Positions 11,401-20,037 of a stretch of DNA of 64,000 bases are shown piece by piece. Both the position numbers and the translations under genes were made by a program. Within the stretch, counting starts at the first letter, position 1, and the number at the start of each line of letters is the position of its first letter. The DNA lies in sequence record PZ242158.1. One strand, written 5' to 3'. A model generated the notes under the pieces. It saw nothing but the letters and a program-made list of their open reading frames with translations, was not told where the DNA came from and searched no databases. The DNA is from a phage.

Positions 11401-14072
11401 CTTTGCATGCGAATATGGATGGTGCAAGGTATCCGTTCGACGTTCCAGTTGCCAATGGGTACAGACGTGTCGTGATGATTATTAAATGCGATCTGATCGG
11501 AAAGCAAGTTCTTGCAGAAAACGGAACATCCACACATCCTTTTGAAGTTGCTCTGCACTACCAGTTTGCAGACTCACCATATGCGGGAGATAAAAGAATC
11601 TCCGACACAGACTCTAAGCGCTGTAAGAAAGTTTTACTTGGAGCCGGGTGGTGGTGGTACGAGTTTGATTTGACAGATAAGTTCACAGATGATACCAAAA
11701 CTCTCACAGGTATCCGTCTGGACCTTGGTGAAAACATGCACAAAGCTGTTTGTGATGGCACCTACGGTGATCCTACAGTATACTTGAAGTATGTCTCTCT
11801 TGAGCATCCAGAGGATGCCGTAATCGGTCCTAAACTGAAATTGTTCGGCTCATGGATTGCCAAGGATAGGGTAGGAATGGGTAAGAAAGTGAGAGGATTC
11901 CTGATAGACGCAGGGACAGAGGACATGCTGGTTAATGCAGTGTGGCCTACGCTAGAAGGCACCGCCTACAACAATGCAGCCAGGTCTATAAATTGGTTCA
12001 ACATTCACAGGGCTATGTGGACCACTAACTGCTACTTGTGGAGAGAGCTTAACGATCAGGCCTTTGGCTTTAGTGACGGCAGAAGGATGGCGATCATTTG
12101 CTGGACAACATTGCAAAGATGTTATGACCATGACTACGAGATTGGCGGTAGAGCATGGAAAGATATCAGAGATAGGGTTATATACAATTTTGCAGACGAC
12201 AACGGTGGTGGAGCATATAACTTTGGCACAAGCAGACTCATCCATTTGAACGGATCCTCAGCCTACAAGAAAGAAGGTTACTCCGGGTCCATGATCGAGT
12301 GGGGTCTGGTGAAAGATGCTCGTGTATTGATGGGCCAGCAACTTGCTGCTGCAATAGGTCCTAGTGCAGTGCAGTCTGCTAAACCAGCGTGGTTCGATAT
12401 CCCATTATGGTCCTCTGGAACACCAGGAGCTGCTGCAATCAACCCTACCACTGGGGATCTAGAAATCTCCTGGGAAGACCTGAAGCAGGTCGGTGGTTGG
12501 GACAAAACAGGGTATCAGGTTCAATGGTGGAGGGCTGACGGATCTTTAGCCGCTGATGAGTTTGTTAAGGACAATTTCTACACCATGTCCTCTGCAAAAG
12601 CACAGCAATTGTTCGGACAGGCTACTCCGTCAACAATCACCATGTCTATGTGCTGTAAAGACAACAGAACTGGAGCTCTGGGGCCAAGGGTTGCTAAAGT
12701 TTTCTCAGGTATTAAATGGAATCTACCTGTCCAAAGTATTTCATGGAAGCAAATAGGTGATAACAAGCTGCTGGTTACCCCTGCCTGTCAGTTCAACGCA
12801 ACTCTTAACGTTGATCCTGCTGTTGCGGCAAACTCAGCTAAAGCTTCTGACTTCTCTGTGTCTAACACTGCTATGGCAGATGTGAGGAAGATTGACACGC
12901 TGAACGCCAGAATTACCTGTAAAAACACTTATGGCACATTCCAAATCATCAACAACTTCACAGATGCTGATTCTAAGGTAGTGAGGACAGCAAGCCAGAC
13001 TCTGAGTTTAGGAACTCTGGCCTATGCGGCCCTGATCACCGAGCAGTCGGCAACACTCCAAGGAGGTGGTGTAGGCAAGTCCATTGCAACACCTGTGTGG
13101 AAGCCAAATGAGTGGGTTGTGTTTGATTTGACTGTGGACTTCTCCAGCGATAATAACTGGACATGGGTAAGGAATTGTTTGTCACAATTGATGGGAGGTC
13201 CAAGCTCCGTTAGTGATAGTCACGACTCTACTGACCCGAGTGTGTTCCAGGTAGGTAAAACTCACCCAGAGACTGGAGAAACGTTGCCTGACAGGAAGTA
13301 TGCGTTGGTTTGCATCTCTTACGGGAAGGCAGATGTCACCTTCTCAGGGACACACACTTATAACGGAACCTACAACTTCTCAAGGAAGTATAGTCTCAAA
13401 GCAGGGAACATTGTAGACGAGGTTGGTGTGCTGTATAATCCAGGTAACGGCATAGGGATTGTGGGTGGTAAACTGCAGATGCAGGAACCTTCTATTACCC
13501 CTTCCAACGTATCCGGTATTAGAAAGACTTGGGAAAGTAGTAATACCAACATTGCAACAGTGGATGCTGCCACAGGGCTGGTAACATTTAAAGCTACTGG
13601 GAATGTCACCATAAAGTTTGTAGTTACTGATGATGCAGGGCGCAAAACGTCTTCAACATCTTTTACTGTCAAACAGATGGCACCACAGTGGAGAATGTGG
13701 ATAGGTACAGCAACAAACGGGGCATACCCTAATCCGGCAGGTACTTCTGGTATGAAGACTTTCTCTACAAGCAAACCGATGGAGTACGGCAGCGGTCCTA
13801 AGGTAGGGCAGATGGTGTACTTTGGTGCGTATATTCCTGAAATTATAGGGCTTCCTAGAAGTCAGCTTCAGTTGCTGTTTGGGGCTGGTGTTGACGATCT
13901 TGCCACTTTCGGGTATAGCGACAACATCGAGGCTGCAAGGAGTTCAGGATGGGTAGGGTTCAGAATGGAGTCCGGAAAGGAAGGCAGGATTCTAGGGACA
14001 GCCTCTATAGGTGTTATGTTCCCTGGTGACCAGCAGTATCGTCTAGAAGCCTACGCAACCTTTTCTCGTTAA
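8436..14072 (+). CDS. giant fibre/adhesin-like virion protein with bacterial Ig-like (BIG2) domain
   Basis: 1878-aa ORF; near C-terminus SGIRKTWESSNTNIATVDAATGLVTFKATGNVTIKFVVTDDAGRKTSSTSFTV matches the BIG2 Ig-like fold pattern; last gene of structural operon. Confidence 0.6.
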   Translation: MLPIPLLKLGRHFLDKRGGIKELAVLSYPIDNSDGTSNTVSYVNSLAILFDDGQLNITGYNRFGECRTGDLDTINYPNEAAWNVDHVWRADRAFVIRTFDNKFFYIGCTAGLIGSEAAGGNDVCVREWTPLPEQIVTGLHLDTHPERLVEVMGGVNNTVWVIAAPEDDGMLHLYGSGNNTYGSLHVDKSQHATPVKIGETSESPETGPWKNPRINCEVHDNSVIFGGPNGFWIAGYDFLRNNSKNTLVYPAEHVTLDQFKGIPVGETWKGFMCGPNGAIIATERMHKPDDQQLVNVFYGQDVWGDDTWRSLNITYTHEVIMARGYGTSGIFFNNGTKQYRGFSRNLCNDIGAQSANNSPRANFIHYRALATAKFVEQTEPVSWTESVYFQGIHREGFLGTFTVVNGKLWWSGIPRGSFAGSNNLFGGRLNSQGFTEVPENWYKNVPVDSWGVDDIFDVNGVSSVSNIYIGDTVKMKLKPQPEGATFIIDKIELVNAAGTVVTDANYQFSTNWNHGGANEVVVTQYNRNVNRRGLYSVKITYHDKHGTGRTHTTRTLNWNTIVPAYPSNGKWHTVGRNKQFHVNDTVYFGLNAAQPVVEGDTSYMVRLHRMDAGSVTYDVTQEIYDQRRTTYDNVVKTQALWEFNPNGRGGKMLQVNEQNGTSLTVHEHPDPWPDPGKPNSGARTLKIVSHDAGYFGIRWEATVRYVDGTTNNIGITLGGTSEDNSLKIAYTPRGISIDNMDVVRNGYGDVNVKVTLGEHLGGERIIMYAFDHDPRTNGTYANQAWSYLINAPEPNTKEFYYGMKRDVCKKTGTHDWIAICVKDERTAWDEPVNRWFIGIPTRSDKYVAEYIVCMGGTNLNMCWNEDVNKYSDYDYMRDYSCNLWFNQTTGYPPRQARVNPAIFTDTQVFLTKQANEVQTFKNNYDPNKWFYNCYGAYFWGPAELPDSGSCFEAATYGSDYIMGQVKKYKMIPGPETLGNAVDPYINFAALHANMDGARYPFDVPVANGYRRVVMIIKCDLIGKQVLAENGTSTHPFEVALHYQFADSPYAGDKRISDTDSKRCKKVLLGAGWWWYEFDLTDKFTDDTKTLTGIRLDLGENMHKAVCDGTYGDPTVYLKYVSLEHPEDAVIGPKLKLFGSWIAKDRVGMGKKVRGFLIDAGTEDMLVNAVWPTLEGTAYNNAARSINWFNIHRAMWTTNCYLWRELNDQAFGFSDGRRMAIICWTTLQRCYDHDYEIGGRAWKDIRDRVIYNFADDNGGGAYNFGTSRLIHLNGSSAYKKEGYSGSMIEWGLVKDARVLMGQQLAAAIGPSAVQSAKPAWFDIPLWSSGTPGAAAINPTTGDLEISWEDLKQVGGWDKTGYQVQWWRADGSLAADEFVKDNFYTMSSAKAQQLFGQATPSTITMSMCCKDNRTGALGPRVAKVFSGIKWNLPVQSISWKQIGDNKLLVTPACQFNATLNVDPAVAANSAKASDFSVSNTAMADVRKIDTLNARITCKNTYGTFQIINNFTDADSKVVRTASQTLSLGTLAYAALITEQSATLQGGGVGKSIATPVWKPNEWVVFDLTVDFSSDNNWTWVRNCLSQLMGGPSSVSDSHDSTDPSVFQVGKTHPETGETLPDRKYALVCISYGKADVTFSGTHTYNGTYNFSRKYSLKAGNIVDEVGVLYNPGNGIGIVGGKLQMQEPSITPSNVSGIRKTWESSNTNIATVDAATGLVTFKATGNVTIKFVVTDDAGRKTSSTSFTVKQMAPQWRMWIGTATNGAYPNPAGTSGMKTFSTSKPMEYGSGPKVGQMVYFGAYIPEIIGLPRSQLQLLFGAGVDDLATFGYSDNIEAARSSGWVGFRMESGKEGRILGTASIGVMFPGDQQYRLEAYATFSR

Positions 14073-14083
14073 CAAGGGGGTAA

Positions 14084-14116
14084 ATAAAAAAAGGGGCCGT
14101 TTGGCCCCTTTCTTTT
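14084..14116. terminator. bidirectional intrinsic terminator between convergent operons
   Basis: AAAAAAA + AGGGGCC-gttt-GGCCCCT (7-bp GC stem) + TTTCTTTTT; A-run on one side, T-run on the other. Confidence 0.65.
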
Positions 14117-14121
14117 TATAG

Positions 14122-14322
14122 TTAGTAATACTCCCAACATGCCCCATCTTCAGACGGCTTGACGCGCTTACCTTTATGGTCAACATAGGTATAGCCACAA
14201 CCTTCACAAATAACAGGTGCTGCATAGCCTTCCTTCCACTGATCCTCAGTGATCAATCCTTTCAGATCTCCGCAGTCACGACCAAACAACTCTTCAGAAC
14301 AGTCTTTACAAAAATCAGCCAT
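14122..14322 (-). CDS. small zinc-ribbon protein
   Basis: 66 aa with CxxC...CxxC (CKDC, CEGC) spacing. Confidence 0.4.
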   Translation of the reverse strand: MADFCKDCSEELFGRDCGDLKGLITEDQWKEGYAAPVICEGCGYTYVDHKGKRVKPSEDGACWEYY

Positions 14323-14391
14323 CTCTATCAGTCTCCATATTTAACCAATCTATATTACATATTGCCGAAGAAACAGTATTTCATTTCATCA

Positions 14392-14610
14392 TCACAGATC
14401 TCCAACAACTTCCCAAATACCCCAGTGAGCATCTATATCCTTGATAAAGTATCTTTCTCCACGGTTTGTCCACACACCTATCCCAACTTTACCATCTATC
14501 CCATTGTATACATCTGCCTCATACTCTTTGCCCGGTGTAAAGTGTACACCCATCATAAGGGCTGTTATTCCATTAGGATTTTTAAATTTAACAAATTTTA
14601 CTTTGCTCAT
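14392..14610 (-). CDS. hypothetical protein
   Basis: 72-aa ORF packed tightly with neighbours; no motif recognised. Confidence 0.35.
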   Translation of the reverse strand: MSKVKFVKFKNPNGITALMMGVHFTPGKEYEADVYNGIDGKVGIGVWTNRGERYFIKDIDAHWGIWEVVGDL

Positions 14611-14611
14611 A

Positions 14612-14941
14612 TTACTTAATCCTTGCAGTTACAGTAGCGCTATACCCCATGTAGTTATGAGACATAAAGAATGTAAGCCCTTTAAGTTCAGGATTCTTTC
14701 TAAGAAATCGTTTCAATTTTCGAATGCAATTAACACCATGATCATAGTTTGAGAAATTAAATTTAATACCCTGCTCCATCATAGTGCACACTTCTTCATG
14801 GGTATGCCATTGTCTATCGTGGTCACAAAACCAGTAACCAATACCTTCTTTTTCTTGGATATGCAATCCCCAAAATACTTTATGCATTGGATATTTTGGT
14901 TTTCTACCATGATAATGTAGTTTAATATTCACATGTGCCAT
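14612..14941 (-). CDS. hypothetical protein (His/Cys-rich)
   Basis: 109-aa ORF, stop-start abutting downstream gene; no motif recognised. Confidence 0.4.
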   Translation of the reverse strand: MAHVNIKLHYHGRKPKYPMHKVFWGLHIQEKEGIGYWFCDHDRQWHTHEEVCTMMEQGIKFNFSNYDHGVNCIRKLKRFLRKNPELKGLTFFMSHNYMGYSATVTARIK

Positions 14942-15110
14942 TTTTTTGTTACTCCGTTCTGTATCTGTGATAATGAGAATAGCAAACTGGGGTGTGTGCT
15001 GTCAACAACATTTTTAAGCGTTTTGGGGAAGTTTTTTGAAAGGTGGGTGTAATCACAAGAGAGGGTGGAGTTATTGAAGGCACAGGCCTCTTTTGAGGCC
15101 TTAAAATCGA

Positions 15111-15491
15111 TTATGACACTTTGACGTAGCGCTCTGACAGAGCTGGAAAGCCAAAAGCAGTACCTATACTACCGTATGCTACCCACCATTGAAGTTCATC
15201 GTGACACCATTTTCCGATCAGGAAGGTGCTGGGGTAGCGGGTCAGTATTTTGGCATAAGCTTTAGGGTCTGCATCTTCTGGGATAATGATACTTGGAACA
15301 TCTTTGTTATGGCCACAGCAGCAGTTTAGAGTTTTCAATCCTGCCGCCCATAGACTCATGATAGGCTTAGCCATGCACTTATCAAGGCACACACGTTTTT
15401 TGCCGTCACGGAGCTTTTTAGGCACATCAACGATAACATTTTGATGCTTGGCACCTTTCACTTTCCAATTATAGGATTTACACTTGCACAT
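15111..15491 (-). CDS. hypothetical Cys-rich protein
   Basis: 126 aa with several Cys clusters (CKCK, CLDKC, NCCCGHNKD); possible metal binding. Confidence 0.4.
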   Translation of the reverse strand: MCKCKSYNWKVKGAKHQNVIVDVPKKLRDGKKRVCLDKCMAKPIMSLWAAGLKTLNCCCGHNKDVPSIIIPEDADPKAYAKILTRYPSTFLIGKWCHDELQWWVAYGSIGTAFGFPALSERYVKVS

Positions 15492-15688
15492 TTAATCAGT
15501 CTCCATCTAGAAAGCAATACTTTACTTAAAATCTTTGTCACCTATTACGATTGCACGAATCCACTCATTGTGATGTTCAATGGCGGTAAGGTGTAACATA
15601 ATGCAGTGATTGTCATTACCAAACACGGTGCGGTAAGCTTTAGCAGCACCATGATATAACTTCCACATCAGGTAATGATATCTTCGCC

Positions 15689-16168
15689 TCATGGCTCTTT
15701 CTCCGGTTCAGGATCTGGGTAATCTTCAATAATAAAGGGCCATCCGTTCCGCTTAGCCTCAGACTTGTACTCAATCTCCTTCATTGCAAACTCTAACTGA
15801 TTTTTAGCCGGAATACATGCCGGAGAATCATCAACCCAGATATCTGGGTAGATATCAAACTGCGCCAGGTAGGCTGCCTTCTGAACACCGCCAGTATAAA
15901 ACACACCAACATCGAGCTCCTTGCGCCAATACTCAATATCCACATTGTCTTGAGTAATGAATCGGAAAGTCACAAGGTATACTGTCCACCCCTCCTTCTT
16001 CAGGTCCCTGATCAGGCGGGAGAAGATGAAAGGGCTCGCATTAAACGTTCCATCAAAGTCAATGGCAATGATGTGCGTGCCGTGGCGAGTCTCATATGGA
16101 TTGCTTGTGGTAAGATTGCTGTAGTTAAAAGGGACCTCTTCCCCGCAGTAGCTGTAGTCCATATTCAC
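15689..16168 (-). CDS. HAD-superfamily phosphatase (possible nucleotidase)
   Basis: HAD motif I IAIDFDGTF (DxDGT), motif II-like VYLVT, motif IV-like DIWVDDSP. Confidence 0.5.
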   Translation of the reverse strand: MNMDYSYCGEEVPFNYSNLTTSNPYETRHGTHIIAIDFDGTFNASPFIFSRLIRDLKKEGWTVYLVTFRFITQDNVDIEYWRKELDVGVFYTGGVQKAAYLAQFDIYPDIWVDDSPACIPAKNQLEFAMKEIEYKSEAKRNGWPFIIEDYPDPEPEKEP

Positions 16169-16440
16169 ACCTTCTCGTTGATAAATTTACGGGCGGTTTG
16201 GTGAGTTGTTTCTGCTGTCTTCAGAATAATATTAATTTTATCGTCAAGATCATTCATCTCAGCAGTTAATTCAGGAATCTCTCCGGCATGCATAGTGAAA
16301 TCATACATAGACATGCCAAGAATCTCATTGATTCGGCGGTTGCATTCTGCAGCACGCTGGTTCATTTTCCAAGCTAACACCAGAGCCTCTTGCGTAGCCT
16401 CCAGTGCAAAGTCTAATACGTCAGCTTCTTCTTTCGTCAT
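16165..16440 (-). CDS. hypothetical protein
   Basis: 91-aa ORF overlapping neighbour by 4 nt. Confidence 0.35.
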   Translation of the reverse strand: MTKEEADVLDFALEATQEALVLAWKMNQRAAECNRRINEILGMSMYDFTMHAGEIPELTAEMNDLDDKINIILKTAETTHQTARKFINEKV

Positions 16441-16495
16441 CTCAGTCTCTCTTGTTGTATTGTTGGTAGGTGCATGAACACCTTATATCTCACTT

Positions 16496-17062
16496 TTATT
16501 CAAACTGCAATAGTAAGTCCACCACCGCGCTAGGTCTGTCAACAAATTCCCCAGGTCCACATGCCCACAGAGGGTATCCGTCTACATACCGCCAAATCCA
16601 ACCTGCAGTGTGTAGCTCAAGCAGGGCAGTACCGTCCTTACTGTCAACCACTCTTTCCCACAGTGTTGGGCAGCGAAGCTTGAGAATCGGATCACCTCCC
16701 TTATACCCGTCCATGTAGATACCCATTGCAAAGTTCAGCATCATCTTTTTGTGCACTGATCTCTTACTGAGAGTGCTCATCACTTCCTCTTTGTGAATGT
16801 TTGTAAGCTTCTCTTTGGCTACCCGCAGATCGTTGCAACCATTGTTCAGCAGATCTTCCAGACACTTGATCCGAAGGTCGTGAATGTCTTTGTCGTGTAC
16901 CGTTGGCACAGGGTCGTAGCGGTATAGCACTGTTGATACAAGGTTGCTCGGGTGTGGGTCTGACAGCAACCCATAACCCCAATACTCTTCTGTATCTGAA
17001 AGGACAAGACACCCAATGTCTCTGTCAAGCTTTCCTGTGTTGTAAGCCACATTGACCGCCAT
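16496..17062 (-). CDS. hypothetical protein
   Basis: 188-aa ORF; no motif recognised. Confidence 0.4.
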   Translation of the reverse strand: MAVNVAYNTGKLDRDIGCLVLSDTEEYWGYGLLSDPHPSNLVSTVLYRYDPVPTVHDKDIHDLRIKCLEDLLNNGCNDLRVAKEKLTNIHKEEVMSTLSKRSVHKKMMLNFAMGIYMDGYKGGDPILKLRCPTLWERVVDSKDGTALLELHTAGWIWRYVDGYPLWACGPGEFVDRPSAVVDLLLQFE

Positions 17063-17064
17063 GA

Positions 17065-17310
17065 CTATAGCTCCACTAACAAAGTGCTTTCAAAGTGCCG
17101 TTCATGCAGACCGTTGTAAGGGACCACTTCTACAACGCCATCACGGACATATGGGGCCATCATGGTGGTATAATCTCCAAACGGGTTGGTATTGTCACTA
17201 ACCACAACCACCTTCTGCCCTTCCTTGGCAGAGTGCCAAATAGATCTGCACTTCATCAGGTGTTCGAGAGCTCCAGGTAAAATTTTGTTACGTTCTTTAC
17301 GGGTCTTCAT
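17065..17310 (-). CDS. hypothetical protein
   Basis: 81-aa ORF overlapping upstream gene by 4 nt. Confidence 0.3.
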   Translation of the reverse strand: MKTRKERNKILPGALEHLMKCRSIWHSAKEGQKVVVVSDNTNPFGDYTTMMAPYVRDGVVEVVPYNGLHERHFESTLLVEL

Positions 17311-17756
17311 AATAGGTATAGCTCCTTATGAAAGTAGTCTTTTAATTTCTCACTGAGAAACCTCTTGATACCTTCCTCTAAAGTGTTTTCGATGTAGTCC
17401 AGCTTAACTGCTTCGATGGACATATCATAGATCGCCAGCTCTAAGCTGTCAAGTCCCATCATAGCATGAACCATAAGATTTTCATCTTCAGATACATTCA
17501 GGGGACTTCCTATAACATCTGTAGGTAGGATAGTTTCCCAATTATTCTGGGGGGTAGTTCTCCCACCCTCCACTTTACGGCGCAGTTCGAAGGTGTTCTT
17601 AGTGTAGAACACTTCATAAGAAACGATACGACTATCGCTCTCATAATAAACGAAGTTCAGGTAGGAGCCTAGCCGCAGTCGGCAAACTTCTACCCCAAAC
17701 CATTGTTTCTTATAAGAATTCAGGCTAATGCTGTCGCATTCACGCTTGCTCAACAC
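17307..17756 (-). CDS. hypothetical protein
   Basis: 149-aa ORF; no motif recognised. Confidence 0.4.
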   Translation of the reverse strand: MLSKRECDSISLNSYKKQWFGVEVCRLRLGSYLNFVYYESDSRIVSYEVFYTKNTFELRRKVEGGRTTPQNNWETILPTDVIGSPLNVSEDENLMVHAMMGLDSLELAIYDMSIEAVKLDYIENTLEEGIKRFLSEKLKDYFHKELYLL

Positions 17757-17772
17757 GGCTATCTCCTTTTTG

Positions 17773-18006
17773 TTAATCTTCGTAAATCAGGATCTCTGCT
17801 TTAGGTTTTCGTGCTTTCAGGTCCAGCTCTATCCAGTGCACCATAGCTGTTTCAAGAAAAACAGCCTGTATGCATCCGTCTTCAGCGTGCCCTACCAGCA
17901 TAACAAGATCTTCACCTTCATCATCTGCATCACGAACATACAAAATCTCTCCAGATTCAAAGTCTTTCACAACCTGATTGCTGGATAATTTACGAATTTT
18001 TGCCAT
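17773..18006 (-). CDS. hypothetical protein
   Basis: 77-aa ORF. Confidence 0.35.
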   Translation of the reverse strand: MAKIRKLSSNQVVKDFESGEILYVRDADDEGEDLVMLVGHAEDGCIQAVFLETAMVHWIELDLKARKPKAEILIYED

Positions 18007-18007
18007 A

Positions 18008-18271
18008 TCAGAAACCCTCTAAAAAGCTCTTGTAGAAAATAATCTCAGTATCCACACCAGTCACGATCTTGTCGTTCCTGATTTCATCTGTAAGATAGGT
18101 GTCAAAACGCAGCACCTGTGTGGTATTGTCACACATCCACTCGGCTGTGACCATGGCAAAAATCTTAGCATCTTCATTATCCGGTGTGAATGTTACCACC
18201 TCACCGCATTTAAACTTTTCGATAGGTTGCGTGTTAGCTTTTGGTTCTGCAATAGTGATTTTTGTAGTCAT
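18008..18271 (-). CDS. hypothetical protein
   Basis: 87-aa ORF. Confidence 0.35.
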   Translation of the reverse strand: MTTKITIAEPKANTQPIEKFKCGEVVTFTPDNEDAKIFAMVTAEWMCDNTTQVLRFDTYLTDEIRNDKIVTGVDTEIIFYKSFLEGF

Positions 18272-18537
18272 TACTCTTCCTTCATAGTTTCACCAAATAC
18301 TTCGATACGAGCGTCAAGCTCTGTTGCTTTCAGCTCCCCAACAAAATCTTTTAGTTCTTTCTCGTCCAGATCGTAAGCCCACACACAAGAAGAACATGCA
18401 GATTTCACAATCAGCAGCGTAGATACACGACCTGACTCTGTGATCATGCTCACAATGGTTCCCACAGGGAACGTGTTGATAGCTTTTTTAACTGGGCGTT
18501 CAGCTTTAATTACTACCTCTGTTGCCATAAATAACAT
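18271..18537 (-). CDS. hypothetical protein
   Basis: 88-aa ORF, stop-start overlap with neighbour. Confidence 0.35.
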   Translation of the reverse strand: MLFMATEVVIKAERPVKKAINTFPVGTIVSMITESGRVSTLLIVKSACSSCVWAYDLDEKELKDFVGELKATELDARIEVFGETMKEE

Positions 18538-18543
18538 CCTCTC

Positions 18544-20004
18544 TTACTTAGCGTACTCGATTAATTCCACAGTTTTACCAAAGCTAGGGATATAATTTTT
18601 ATTATACCCTTCGGTGAGAACCCATAAAGTATCGTACTTTTTCCACTTGTTGTCAACAGCCTTTTGTTCAAAGTTATGCTCAAAGTATAGGTCGGTCAGG
18701 ACGATGACATCTTTTGCATTTGGTATGTTGGCATCTAGATACTCGAACACGCAAGCAGCTGTTGTGCCCCATGTTGAGTGGACCTCATAGTTGATCATTT
18801 CGTCTATGTTGCCGCGAGTATATACTTTAACCTCTCCGACTTCAGTTGACCAACAGAACATTGTAACCTTAAACTCTTTATACAGATTGCACAATCCGGT
18901 GATTTCATTGAACATTTTCTTTAAAGTTCTTTGAGAGATTGAGCCAGAAACGTCTAAAGCTACCACAATATCTATGGTGTTTTCCGGATTACGACCAGGA
19001 ACAATAACGTGCTGGTTCTTGTTTATAGCCCCAACTTTTCGCATTGTGCTGGTCAAAGACCCAGATCGGCGACCAGGTTTTCTGTAGGTCAGTTCAGCCT
19101 TTCGTTTAGACAATATGCGTTGCTTAATAATGTCTATATAGTTGATTACAGGCTTACCTCTGTTCTTGACGAACTCACGCACCGCCTCAGGGCAACGACC
19201 TCCGGAAGCTTGCATTGCTGCCTCCAGCATGTCACCAGAGTCCTGCATGGCCTGATCTTTATCAGATTGGCTGATTACAGGTTGTGGCTGATCATACCCC
19301 ATAGCCTTTCCAAGATCATCACTGGTGCCACCGTTCCCACTCATGTGATCATCGGTTTGTCGCTTATCCCCTTGAGAGTTCTCACCTTTACCGCTCTTAC
19401 TTTTACCGTTATTCTGATCTCTTTGCTTATCAAGAACTGCATAAACGTTCTCAGCAATCCATCCATGAAACTTCATGTCGCAGTAGCAGCTGGCTAAGAA
19501 GCCAAAAGGCTTACCTTCCACAAACGTAGTGCTTTTCCCCTTCGGGAAGAAAACACAAGGAGGCTTACTAAAGTCAACCACAAGACCTGTGTTGATAACG
19601 TGATCACAAGCAATATTGAACAGTTCCGGCTCAAAACTTTTACCACGGACCAGGTGATCACAGATAATATGCCCCACCTCATGTGACAGAAGAAAGGCCA
19701 CCTCCTTCACAGATTTGGGGGAATAGAAAACCTCAGCCATCCCAAACTGTTCGTCAGTTAGAGAAGCCTTAAGAATAGCCCTGCGTTCATCAGCCAATCC
19801 CATAATGAACTCAGGACTGTAATAGATGCGTTTATGGTCGGTTGCCATGGTAGAGCACCATGTGTGGTTTTCTACAAACTGCAACCCTGACAGTAGCGTG
19901 CCATAAAACGGCAGCTTTTCAAGGAGATACATACGTGCAGCCTGCAACATTCTCAGGGCATCATCTTTCTGTGAGGCAATGATTTCTGAACTTCTGCTAT
20001 CCAT
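18544..20004 (-). CDS. VWA-domain protein with N-terminal HExxH metallopeptidase-like motif (CobT/DUF2201-like partner of MoxR-type ATPases)
   Basis: SHEVGHIICDH in N-terminal half; MIDAS-like VVALDVSGSI in C-terminal half; start moved to ATG 20004 (GGAG SD) because the TTG at 20025 lies inside an upstream hairpin. Confidence 0.6.
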   Translation of the reverse strand: MDSRSSEIIASQKDDALRMLQAARMYLLEKLPFYGTLLSGLQFVENHTWCSTMATDHKRIYYSPEFIMGLADERRAILKASLTDEQFGMAEVFYSPKSVKEVAFLLSHEVGHIICDHLVRGKSFEPELFNIACDHVINTGLVVDFSKPPCVFFPKGKSTTFVEGKPFGFLASCYCDMKFHGWIAENVYAVLDKQRDQNNGKSKSGKGENSQGDKRQTDDHMSGNGGTSDDLGKAMGYDQPQPVISQSDKDQAMQDSGDMLEAAMQASGGRCPEAVREFVKNRGKPVINYIDIIKQRILSKRKAELTYRKPGRRSGSLTSTMRKVGAINKNQHVIVPGRNPENTIDIVVALDVSGSISQRTLKKMFNEITGLCNLYKEFKVTMFCWSTEVGEVKVYTRGNIDEMINYEVHSTWGTTAACVFEYLDANIPNAKDVIVLTDLYFEHNFEQKAVDNKWKKYDTLWVLTEGYNKNYIPSFGKTVELIEYAK

Positions 20005-20016
20005 TAAAACTCCAGA

Positions 20017-20033
20017 AGGGGCCAATGGCCCCT
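20017..20033 (-). terminator. weak hairpin terminator after HNH gene
   Basis: AGGGGCC-aat-GGCCCCT hairpin; downstream on the - strand TCTGGAGTTTT, only moderately U-rich. Confidence 0.3.
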
Positions 20034-20037
20034 GTCA

